DNA of 64,000 bases, taken from positions 1,242,001 to 1,306,000 of the forward strand of contig MU053504.1 in NCBI GenBank assembly GCA_013239625.1. The letters run 5' to 3'. The position numbers were made by a program, and so were the translations under genes. The DNA comes from Lama guanicoe. Its lineage: Eukaryota. The notes under the pieces were generated by a model. It did no database searches, was not told the origin of the DNA, and saw nothing but the letters and a program-made list of their open reading frames with translations. Positions 53,430 to 64,000 of this stretch are shown one piece after another. Every line of letters starts with the position of its first letter. Positions within the stretch are counted from its first letter, which is position 1.

Positions 53430-54300
53430 TCTTTAACATCTGTAGGGAGCATCAACCTTTAGAGTGATGTCCTTTATTTACCATTGGTCTCCTCCTGGTC
53501 CAGGGGCCTGAACTGAGTAACCAGTAGCTATAGCCTTAGTGACTCTATTCATTAGCGAATGAAACGGGTAATGAGATTAAGGATGCAGGGACCAAACAGC
53601 AGTGCTAGATTTTTTATTGAATGTTTTGTCCTCGGGTTGTAGATGCAGTCAGGAGCTGTATGGGCCAATTGTACATTAAATGACTTGGGGCTTACATCTT
53701 CAGAGTCTGGGGACCACCCAGGGTGGCCATTAAACTTAGATCTGAGAGACCTAATGGGCTGGCTACATGTTGGAGGGGCTGGGATGCAAGCAGAGCTAGC
53801 AATCACTTGCTAGTTGTGGGTTAGTAGCATTAAGAAGGTGATGGACATTACTTAATAAGAGATTTAATTGGGGGTCCCCATTGTAAGGCATGGGCCTAGG
53901 TCTGTTTTTCTTTTCCCAGTTCTTACCAGGTCTATAGAAGGGACCTGAGCATGTGGGCGGGAGGGTTTTTTTCTGGGGAGAAGGTCCCTGCCAAATGCAA
54001 TTTGGCTAATGGGTCCCATTGGTACCCCCATCGTTGAAAGAGCTATGTCAGCAACTACTTTCACAAGCAGAAGAAGGGTTTGGGGTTTCTTTTTTCTAAC
54101 AGGGAGGTATGGTTCCTATAGCAGACACTGACTGACCATTAGGCTTCCTATTGTAGAGAGATAGAGTATAGCTAGTATTAGTTTCTGGCCTATGTTCCAA
54201 TGCTGGGGTGCAGTGGCCATCAGTCCTACAGCTAGCAATATAGCAACAATACTCATTAATAAAATAAGTCAGGGTGGCAGTTCATTTTTGTCTTGATCGG
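53430..54300 (-). pseudogene. env remnant: SU N-terminal part fused by deletion to the TM membrane/cytoplasmic end
   Basis: LALLFGPCILNLITRFIR in ORF 53552-53806 is the gamma-type TM signature; no fusion peptide or immunosuppressive domain is seen; multiple stops. Confidence 0.7.
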
Positions 54301-54419
54301 TGGTTCTTCAGGCTTCCGCCATGTGTTGACTAGCCAGCTTCTGGGTGCGGCTAGAGCAAAGCTTGGTGCTCTCTGGCAGGTGAGGTGGGCATTTCTGGAT
54401 CCTGATTTTAGGTGGCTCG

Positions 54420-55660
54420 CCAGGAGCCTGGTCGACTCCAGATGTCCTCGTCTCGTGGTGGCGTTGCTCTCTTTACTCTGGTGTGCTGAATCCACGGGGT
54501 AATACCTGCAACTTTAAGAGCTGTTGGGGTAGTTAATATAACTGGGTAGAGGCCCTTCCAAGTGGGTTTGAGGGGCTCTCTTTTCCAGTCTTTTACCCAG
54601 ACTTGGTTCCCAGGTTCATGTGGGTGTAATATTATTCCCAGTGAGACTGGGATCTTGTCAGTTACCCACCTATGGACTTCCCACACAGTTTTTCCAAGGC
54701 CCTGCATTTTCTTATTAAGTTCTAAGCTTCCTACCTCTAACTTTTTCTCCCAGTATAATCAGTGGAGGCGGTTTCCCATATAGGATTTCAAAAGGGGACG
54801 ATCCCATCTTGGACCAAGGGGTATAGAGTACCCACTGGAGAGCCATGGGCAAAATGTCAGTCCAAGGTAGTTGAGTTTCCTGACTTAGTTTTGCCATAAC
54901 CTGCTTTAGGGTTCAGTTCATGCACTCTACTTTCCCTGAGCTCTGGGGCCTGTAGGCCACATGTAGATTCTAGTGGATGTTTAGTGCTTTTGCCACTTGC
55001 TGTATTATTTCCACCACAAATGCAGATCTGTTGTCTGACCCTATGGTCAATGGCATCCTGAATCTGGGAATAATGTCTCTGAGTAAGGCCTTTGTTACTT
55101 CTCTTGCCTTCTCAGTCTGTGTTGGATATGCCTCCACCCATCCTGCAAACGTGCAGACAAAAACCAGTAAGTACTTGTATCCTCTGCTAGGCCCTATTTC
55201 TGTGAAGTCTACTTCCATATCTTCAAAAGGAACCTGGCCACAGCGCTGGATTCCCTTTGGTCCAGTTGGCCCTTGTTTTGCATTGTTCAGGGCACATATG
55301 AGGCAGCGCTGTGAGACTGAGGCACAGAGGGATGGAAGTTGAGCCATCAGATAATATCAGTCTAGCAGGGCCTCTAAGGCAGTTTTTCCCAAATGGCTGA
55401 GCTCATGCTGCTTAAGGACCACTTGATGGGCTAATTGTTCAGGTATGTGTATCCATTTGTCAGGCATCACTCACCATCCTTCCTTTTCTTTGGTTCCCCC
55501 TTCAGTTTTGGTCCATAAGTTTTCCTCTCTACTGTATGCTGGAGATGTTGGCAGCAGTTTGGGTGCTAATCGAACCTTTGGGATAGCCCCAAGATCTCTG
55601 ACATGGCCCGATTGATTTGCCATTTTTTGCGTAGCCTGATCTGCTGGTTGGTTTCTTCTG
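54420..55660 (-). pseudogene. pol remnant: RNase H tail and integrase, with stops and frameshifts
   Basis: RNQPADQA (RNase H end), CLIC of HHCC, EVDFTE, GSDN, RPQSSGKVE, and the GPY/F-like WKGLYPVILTTPTALKVAGITPWIQHTRVK. Confidence 0.93.
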
Positions 55661-55734
55661 TTTCTGGGGTCATTTCCTTTTTTGAAGTCCTTTACAGTGG
55701 ATGATTGACATCTCTGTGGGCTCCCAAATTGCCT

Positions 55735-56815
55735 CTCATAGAACTCAATGCGGGACTCATCTGGCTTTGGGATCATGGTGATCTTAGACATGTTGGTTGG
55801 TTTCTTTGCCCTGGCTCACAACCCATGTAGGAGGGCTCTCCAATATGTCCGCAGAGCCTCCCGTTCGGCTTGGGAGTTAGAGTTCCATTCTGGTCTTGTG
55901 TCTGGGGCTGCATTCTGGGCCCATTCCTCTGCATCCAGAGTTCCCTCTGAGGCCTACTCTTGTAGCCATTTTTTAGTTTCTGTCATGATCCACTTTCTTT
56001 TTTCAGTATTGAAGAGTGTCAGGAGCAGCTGTTGAATGTCATCTCAAGTTGGCTGGTGGGTCTGGAATATGGACTCTAGGAGGTTAATCATGGCCTGGGG
56101 TTTTTTTGAATATGGCAGAGTGTGGTGTCACCAGTTCAGGAGGTCTGTTGTACTGAGAGGCTGGTAGTACAGAATGGAGCAACTGGACGGTACGAAGCCA
56201 TCATCGTTAATATGTTGGGGCCCTTGGGTCTACCAGAGAGGCATCCAGAGGGTGGCTGCTGGCTGAACGGCCTGCAGGGCCAAACAGTTTCCTCCCCTTG
56301 GGCTCCCAGCCCGGAGCCCAGGGTCGCCGTGACGGTACAGGCGGCGGTGGACCATCCGGTAGAGGCAGCTGTGGTGGAGCCACAGAAGCAGGAGGAACAA
56401 ATGGCAGGGGTAGCATTGGCAGTTCTTCAGGGTTCTCCCGAAGGACTGGCCTCATTGTATCTTTCTTTTTCATCTTTAATGTTGGGACCACGAGGACCAT
56501 TGTCCCTGACCATTCACGTAGATCCAGACCCATGGAGACAAGGTTTGGGCAATTGTTAGCCAAAAGTCAATATATGGGAATTGGTTGCGGTGACCTGGGG
56601 GAGTGATGATTATCCAGTGTAATATATGGCCCCAACAGCTGACAGGTCGAGTGTACCTTCCAGGGGCCATCCCAGTCCAAAGGTGGGCCACTCTGACTCT
56701 CACAACGTGCACAATTTTTCTGGTGACAACTTAATTCCATAGTTTCCTGAGAAACCCTTTTTGAAATTTTTAATCATGCAGTCCAGAACTCTCAGCTTTG
56801 ATTTTGAGGCTCCAT
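55735..56815 (-). pseudogene. gag remnant: MA, proline-rich p12-like region and CA up to the major homology region
   Basis: GASKSKLRVLDCMIKNFKKGFSGNYGIKLSPEKLCTL and GHRNQFPYIDFW (MA); KPTNMSKI...PDESRIEFYER (CA/MHR); interrupted by stops and frameshifts. Confidence 0.9.
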
Positions 56816-58056
56816 TTATTATTAGTTGACAGATTTTATGGCCATATGTGTGGGTCTGCTCCTGGCACTGAGGAGTGACCCCAGTACCTGTTTTCCTTTT
56901 CCCACTCCTCAAAACAGTGGAGTTCTCAAAAAGCTCGCTGCCTCACTGGGCCTAACATCTACCTGCTTGGCTGCAAGTGCTGCCAGTGAGTCAGGGCTCC
57001 ATGTTAGGCAGGTGTCCCTGAGACTCCCCAGGGTGTGGATGAGCTCTGGGGGGTCCCTGCATGAAGTCTTTTTTATAGCCTGAATTGACAAAATGAGGCC
57101 AGGATGGACGGCCTGTGGCAGAATAAATGGACCAAAAAGGGGGACCTCAAAAGAGGGTTCCAGCCAGTCCTGGGGTGGCTCCCTCTGTCTCAGGTCTTGT
57201 GGTCTTAATTTTAGACAGAGGAGTAGTGTTGAGGCTGGTTTATTAATTGCAACAGGATATTCCAGGGGACTGGTGACAAGGTTGCATCTGAAACTTTTAA
57301 AGTAGTCTCATCTTAGTCCCGAAAAGCACAGGGGTAATTTACTCATAGGCTGTTCTATGTCCCTTTCCCTCTCTGTGTAGCCACCCTGTGCTGGTGTTGC
57401 AAACAAGACAAAGGGAGGGTTTTTGCTGCATCCGCCTGGCCACTCCCTCGCAAAGACGAAGGTGCCTCTTAGCTTTGGTGGGTCAGTATAAACCACTGAC
57501 TCCGATTGATATCCTGAGGGGCCAATACCGCCATGAGCCATATAAGGTCACCATGAAACCGCAGGTTGGGACTCACTCGAACTCTGTAGCAGAGTGCCGT
57601 GGGGCTACAAACTTGAATCTGATTGCATGCTTTTCAGACTGCACACACACTACCACAAACACACGGAGATTATTTGCACATTCCCCTCCCTATCACCAAT
57701 GCGTCCGTAATCTAACCTAATCTAACCTGATCTCCCTGTCCGTAATACCATCAGACTGGGAGCCTGGAGAAGGTGATCAGTCTCCTCTTCTGTCCACTTG
57801 GACAGAACCTGAATACCCTAACCTAAATATGGGCGCTTCCCGGGGCTCCTACCTTGTTTGACTGTGTTGCTTGGTGACTTGGTCCATCCCCCCACTGAGT
57901 CTGGTTGGGGCACAGCCGCCCAGAGGATTGAATCACCTCCACAAAGGAGTACTTGGAATACTGTTGGGTGGCACGCCTCCTCGTTCACTTTTGGGGTTCC
58001 TGACCTCCAGGCGGTTGTTCCACCACCCTGTGGCTCAAGGGGCTGGTGTGGTTGGA

Positions 58057-58074
58057 ATCTCATTGGGGCCTCCA
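58057..58074 (-). other. Retroviral primer binding site, tRNA-Thr-like
   Basis: TGGAGGCCCCAATGAGAT, 4 nt from the 5' LTR end; 16/18 match to TGGAGGCCCCAGCGAGAT, the complement of the tRNA-Thr(UGU) 3' end as I recall it. Confidence 0.8.
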
Positions 58075-58078
58075 GAAA

Positions 58079-58671
58079 TGTTGCAGAAAAGTGTGTTACA
58101 GCTCGGTGTTACAGCTCAGTTGTGACAGCAACCTGGATCTGGGCAAGAGACCAAGCAGCACTCAGAGAGTTGGGGAACCTAGATTTATTACACCAGTGGG
58201 CCCAGAGGAGTTAACACTCCAAGCTCTGGACCCCATCTGTGGGTTTACACAGGCTTTTATAGGCTGCCAGTTTACACTTTGCAACATCATATGCAAATAA
58301 GGTATAACAAAAGTTGAATAATTAGGAACAAGCTTTGTAAAAATGGGCCAATCAGGAGGGAGAGAAATGAACCAATCAGGAGTGAGGGAAATGGACCAAT
58401 CAGGAGTGAGGGAAATGGACCAATCTGCAGTGAGAGAAATAACCAATCAGGAGTGAGCTCCATGCAAATGAAGCACTACAAATGGACCAATCAGGAGTTA
58501 GCTCAGGGAACCAATAGAATTTTAGGGATAAGTTCCACTTTCCGAGAAGCTGTTTCAGAGGCAAAGAGTGAGATAAAGCCGCTAGGCCAGGGAACCACAT
58601 GGTGCTGGCAGGAGAGTAGTGGCCCTGCCTGGATGTCCTGCCAGTCTTTTTTTATGGGGCTTCCCACCTCG
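58079..58671 (-). mobile_element. Proviral 5' LTR (593 bp)
   Basis: Homologous to 52895-53411; TATAAAA at 58255-58261, AATAAA at 58184-58189, 7 CCAAT boxes, octamers at 58291 and 58462; terminal TG altered. Confidence 0.92.
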
Positions 58672-61600
58672 ATGGAAGCTTCACTCTGGCTGGAGTGTGG
58701 CTCTCTGGCTTTTTACCTAGGATCCTGGTTAAGGGCCAAACTGGTACCTTCAATCAGCAACACCCCAGTTGGGATTCTGCAAAGCAGACCAAGTTCAATT
58801 CATGGGAAGCGCGTTTCCATTGTAATGGTAACTGAAACTTGATTCAGTTTTCTCTGGTGCCTTAGAGTCACCCTATTCTGAGTACACGCCCCAAAGTTTG
58901 CAGGGACACGTGGTTGCCGGCCAGATCTCCATGGCCCCTCTGCTGCCTTGTACCACAATTTCCCCCAGCAGGAAGCTCCTGAGTGCGGTTCAGTAGGCGG
59001 AGGTTAAGCACCCAGCCACCACACCAGCTCACGGTATCCAGCGAGGGTGTCCCTTCCTGTCACTGGATCCTTTCCATTGTGCTGGTTTACAACATTCTGT
59101 GAGCGACATTGGATGTTTTGTAAGCGGATACCCATAGCTAATTATATAGAGAGATGTTTTTTTAATTGGGGAGCTAAATTAACAAGGCAGCCCAAGAAGT
59201 CTCCCCGTTAATGAGGGGTTTTGAGACACAAGCACCACCACATTTGAATGCCCTGTGACTTTTGGTTGAAATTGTATATGTTATTTTGTTGTTGTTATGT
59301 TGGCTTCTAAGGCTTTATTTTTTCAGATCAAGCCACACCCATGAAAGGGAATTCTTACAGAGCCTACCACCCTTAACCCTAGCAACAGAAATATTCACCA
59401 TCCTGATAAAACATTACAGCACACCACTGCAGTATTATTACTTTTCAGAGGAATGTTTATTTAAGTTGAGTTGAAGGTCCAATAAATGTAATTCAAATAT
59501 TAATTAGCTAAAGCCTGTGTTGAGCAGAATGAAAAACAAAGGAAAAGAATATTTTGTGAGAAGTTAAAGGACATGTTTTTGCACCACCTGATTTGATCTC
59601 ACTGTCCTCAAAGTGGATTGTTTTTCTTAAAACTTGCAAATATATGAAATCAAGGAGCTTCACATTATAGCCATGGTGAAATCACCAGAACAAAAAGGCA
59701 AATCTTGAGGCAAAATTCAAGGGCAAAGCAGAGAAAGAATCTTGCCAGAGGCTCAAATGATGTCCTCAGACACCAGACCCCTCCTGACAATTTTCTGGGA
59801 CATAGTTCATTCTTAGGGCTGAAGTGCTGACCTCTGCCTTGCTGGATCTCCCCAAATAACGAGCACAGCTTGTCTTCTCACAGGACTTCTCAGTATGGTG
59901 TCAGGCACACCACCTCCTCATCCTTTGAAAGAAATCTGCCACCTGTCCCAGCAGAATTGTGTGTCCGGGTCCTTGTGTACCCTCCACCGTGGAGTAGGGA
60001 CAGTGACACAAGGAGGCAGAATCAGACATGTGGCAAAGTGCTCACCATCCCCCATGGACTCTAAAACTCCTCAGGAAAAGAAGTATGAAGAATGTGGACA
60101 TCGATGTCAAAACCAGCCACCTGGAAAGATCTTCCACAGTGGTGGCTGCCCCACCTGCCCTGGGACCTGTTCTCTCCTGCTGGTGGCTGGAGTTGAAACT
60201 CAGCACTCTGCTTCCTGGAGGGCCCCTATTTCTTCCCTGCAAACAAGACCAGGCACCTCCTTCTTCCTGGCATTGTGGAGGATCAGGGGCTGCCTCACAC
60301 TTGAGGGTAGACAAGGAGAGAGAGAGATTCCAGTTGTCATGTGTGGTCAACACAATCAAAGATTCATAGGAAGTGGTTTGGGGGCTGGTTTGGGCTCCAT
60401 GGATGCAACCAACCAAATCTTGTGTGTGTGTGTGTGACTGGCCACCTGGGAAGGAGAGCTCTGGGTGCTTCCAATGGGGAGCTCCCCGTGTCTGTGAATA
60501 AATAGGCCCCAGAATGAACTATCCCAAAAGCTAGTGTTTGGGTCAATGAAAAGAGCAGCTTAAAGAGGGGGTAAGCTCCCCACCCCTGGAGGTGTTGGAC
60601 TCATGCCCACAAGAATCCCACCGTCCTCTAATAGGAGGGAGACAAGGAGAAATCAACAAGGAGGGATGTAAAACTAGTGCCACAGGGTCAGCCAGTGGGC
60701 AGACTGCAGGTGATCCTGAGACAACCCTGTGTGGCTCCTGTTTGGCTCCTGCTCTAACGAAGTTTATCCCCAATTGGAAAGGATGTTACCCAAAGCCTAA
60801 GAAACATCACTTCAAAGTAGAGACACCACTCTGGATGGGCTCAGCTGTTCAGCTGCAGCTTTCTGGAGGAGCTGTTCTTGGACCTGGCTTGGGTTGAGTC
60901 CAGCTGCTTCCCCGCTAACAGGTAAGCAGAGCTTCTTGACTGACAGGCACAGGCCTTGGGATCATCCTGTGGCAAGGAAGGGTTAAGCCCTCTTTGCCCA
61001 GCTGCCCAGGGCACAGAGGGGCATGGATAGAGAACGTGCAGTGAGGGGAGGTTAATGAGGGTCAGGAGGGCCCAGAGCAGGAAGCAGGCACCTCCCATGG
61101 GTGGACAATAGGACATGCGCTCCATTTTCTGGAGTTCTCTGGCGTGTGCAGGCTCCCTTCTCCTCCTGCATCCATTTATCCCTCACAAGCCCAGAGGGGG
61201 TCCTCTTATCCCCATTTTCCAGATGAGGAAACAGAAGCTCAGGAAGGATAAATAACATGCAGAAGCTCATACAAGACTGGACTCTGTCTGATTTCCAAGC
61301 TCATGTTCTAAATCACTTTCACATGCTGCCCTTGCTGGGCACCCAGAGAACTCTGTCGGAAAGCATCATTCCAAGATGTACTTTAATGTTGAACAGCCAG
61401 CGTGCCCAGGACTCTGCCACGAGTCCGGAGGGCAGCATCCTTCAGAGTCGTGCCCCAGGCTGAGAAGACAGTAGAAGCAAAGCAAAGGAAGATGATGAGA
61501 CTGGGAGTGAGAGCAAGTAAGGTGGAATGGCTGGCCTGAACTGGAGAGGCAGAGGTGCCCAGAGATGCCCAGAGCGTAGGGGCCTTGCTTGGCACAGTCT

Positions 61601-61949
61601 GGGTTTCATCCCGAGGTCATGGGGTTCCAGGGAAGGGTTTTAAGCAGAGTAGAGGTGTGGTCAGATTTCTGCTCTAGGGCCCTCTGAGGTGGGAGGCAAA
61701 TTCAGGGACCTGTGGAAGGGAGGATGTGGTGTGATGCAGATTTTTCCTGAGAGGTCAGAGTGTGTAGGGAATAAAAGCCTGGGCCCTGGAGTAAGAGCAG
61801 CCGACTGCTAATCCCTGCCTCCTGGGACTGTGGGACCTGTTACTCATCTCAGCCCCGATTTCCCCTCTTTAAAAAAAAAAAAAAGATAGTGAGACTACCT
61901 GCCTCAAATGGTTGTTGTGATGATTCAATACATCATTTATAAGGCTTGC

Positions 61950-62770
61950 CATTAATGTTTTTGTTTTTCTCACATATATGCCCAGGAGTGGAACTGCTGG
62001 GCCATGTGGTGGTTCTGTTTTTGGGTTTTTGAGAAACCTCCATATTGTTTTCCATAGTGGCTGCACCAAGATACATTCCCACCAACATGTACAAGCGTTC
62101 CCCTTTCTCCACATCCTTGGCAACATTTGTTATTTGTGTTCTTTTTGATGATGGCCATTCTGACAGGCGTGAGATGGTGTCTCACTGTGATTTGGGCTTG
62201 TGTTTCCCTGATATTGGTGATGTTGAGCACTTTTTCATGTTCGTGTGGGCCATCTGCATTTCCTCTTTTAGAAAAATATCTGTTCAGTTCTTCTGCCCAT
62301 ATTTTAAATGGGTTGATTGGTTGGTTGTCTGCTTTTTAATTGAAGTACAGTTGATTTAAAATGTATTAATTTCTGGTGTCCAGCATGGGTGGACTTGGAG
62401 GGCATCATGCTAAGTGATATAAGTCAGACAGAGAAAGACAAATACTGTAAGCTATCACTTACATGTGGAATCTTAAAAAAAATACAACAAACTAGTGAAT
62501 ATAACAGAAAAGAAACAGACTCACAGATATAGAGAAGGAACTAGTGGTTACCAGTGGGAAGAGGGAAGGGGGAGGGGCAAGATGGAGGTGGAGGATTAAT
62601 AGGTACAAACTATCATGTATTGTACAACATGGGGAATATAGCTAATATTTTATAATAACTATAAATGGAGTAGACCTTTAAGAATTGTGTATTGTAAACC
62701 TGTAACATATGATATTGTACATCAACTTACAATTTTAAAAAATATGATATTGTAAAATAAATACATAAGT
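61950..62770. mobile_element. Composite LINE-1 fragments in opposite orientations (- to about 62385, + after)
   Basis: WWECILVQPLWKTIWRFLK on -; GGACTTGGAGGGCATCATGCTAAGTG...GAGAAAGACAAATACTG on +. Confidence 0.8.
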
Positions 62771-63199
62771 AAAGTTTTAAAAATAAACAAATACATGAAA
62801 AGTAAAAGGCTTACCAACAGCCTGGCAGAAAGGAACAGGGAGGATTTACAGAGAGCTCACGGGGAGCACCCAGGAGAGAGCAGTGTACAGCACACGTGCA
62901 GCGCGGATAAGAGTTTTAAAATATCCATGTCGTTCTCTTTTTCTCACTCCTTGAGCAAGTGACTCTAACGCAGAACCCTTTTCCTCGCAAGACCCCCTTG
63001 GCTTCCCGCATCCCTGCTGCTGCCCAGGACCCCCGCAGTGGGCCCCGGGGAGACGAGGACGGAAGTGATCTTCTCCCTCCTTCAGAGACCGTCTGGCTCT
63101 TCCCGGGATGTGTATTTCCCTCCAGAAATGTCGGAATTGACGTAAGCGCTGCACAACAAATAAAGCAAAATACTCGTGTTCAGCATTTGACTCCCAAAC

Positions 63200-63680
63200 T
63201 TGGATTTTGAATTCTGCCGACCAAAACTTGGCACTTGCATCTACTTCTGCTTGAATTAAATCATGAGCCCCTGCAGCTGCTGACCTTCAACACACCCTGA
63301 AAGGACTTCAGGGTGGAGGTCAGGAACAAGGCACTCCTTGCTCTGGAAAAAACTGGCAGAACAGGCCTTCAGACAGTTAGATATTTTCAGGAGATGTTAT
63401 GAGCCCAAAATTCTTGCATCTCCTCATACCTAGAAAAGCACTAAAACCACTAACAGTGACATGTGCTCCTCATGACTAGCAGCAAGCCTCTGCCTAAACG
63501 TGTGCTTGACTGCACGTCCCCCCTTCCCTGATCTCATATATAGGACTGAGTTCCCCCGCCTCTTCAGAGCAGTTCCTCAGAGCTATCTGAAAGGCTGTCT
63601 CCAGGGCTATAGTCCTCATCTTGCCCCAAATAAAACTTAGCTCACAGCTTTCACTTTGTGTGATTTTATTACAGTCGACA
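63200..63680 (+). mobile_element. Probable ERV1-type solo LTR, left boundary uncertain
   Basis: AATAAA at 63629-63634 followed by a U5-like stretch ending GTCGACA; resembles LTRs I recall from artiodactyl genomes; no TSD identified. Confidence 0.55.
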
Positions 63681-64000
63681 GTTCCATAGCAGTCACTGTG
63701 GAAGACAGGCACTGTTGTGAGAGGGGGGAAATCTCTAAATTCCCAGATTGCACGTTGAGATACCACGGACGAAAGCTGGCGACCTTACACAGCAGAAACA
63801 CAGCAGCCGCAGAGGGTGGGGGTCTCTGCGTTATTCACTGATGAATCCCCAGTGCCTCGAACAGGGTCTGGTCCTAGAGGGTGCTTGCTATTCTCTGCAG
63901 GAAGCAGAGAAGAAGTGTCTTCCATGGTATAGACACGGAAGGTGCTGGAGCACGAGGGGATTTCCCTTCAGGGAGGAAAATGAGGTAAAAGCATCTCCCC

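Larger units (their letters stand above)
52895..58671 (-). mobile_element. Defective class I (gammaretrovirus-like) endogenous provirus, 5777 bp
   Basis: Two homologous LTRs, PBS, gag, partial pol and env remnants, PPT, and TSD ATGG at 52891-52894 and 58672-58675. Confidence 0.95.

Noticed and set aside
53430..54300. Domesticated env (syncytin-like) gene
   Set aside because: The env is internally deleted and broken by stops, with no fusion peptide or immunosuppressive domain.
58340..58460. 24-bp periodic repeats as a CRISPR-like array
   Set aside because: There are no unique spacers or cas genes; the repeats lie in the U3 of both LTRs in mammalian DNA.
59870..60440. Overlapping 113-180 aa ORFs as a processed pseudogene or TMC2 exon
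   Set aside because: I could not recognise a convincing protein match, poly(A) tail or TSD, and saw no TMC2 coding sequence in the window.

Overview
Mammalian genomic DNA, most likely camelid, judged from six tRNA-Ala-like SINEs of the Vic-1 type. Gene order matches my recollection of human 20p13. On + are the last five exons of TGM6 (1-14579). On - is the complete SNRPB gene (24231-32270), with both SmB and SmB' 3' acceptors, the 124-nt PTC poison exon and intronic SNORD119. Also on - is the KRAB zinc-finger gene ZNF343 (CDS 37729-44924, promoter about 51.9-52.6 kb). As written, ZNF343 has a 1-bp deletion after finger 4 of 12 and about 1.1 kb of decayed fingers past its stop codon. A 5.8-kb internally deleted gammaretrovirus-like provirus (52895-58671, - strand) starts about 350 bp upstream of the ZNF343 promoter motifs. 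It has a TSD, a tRNA-Thr-like PBS and two LTRs with tandem CCAAT boxes and octamers, and its promoter-proximal LTR has lost the TATA box. The rest is L1, L2/MIR, MLT/LTR and DNA-transposon debris. No wholly new system can be shown from sequence alone; the ERV/ZNF343 arrangement is the best candidate. Comparisons to human proteins and repeat family names come from memory and need database confirmation.
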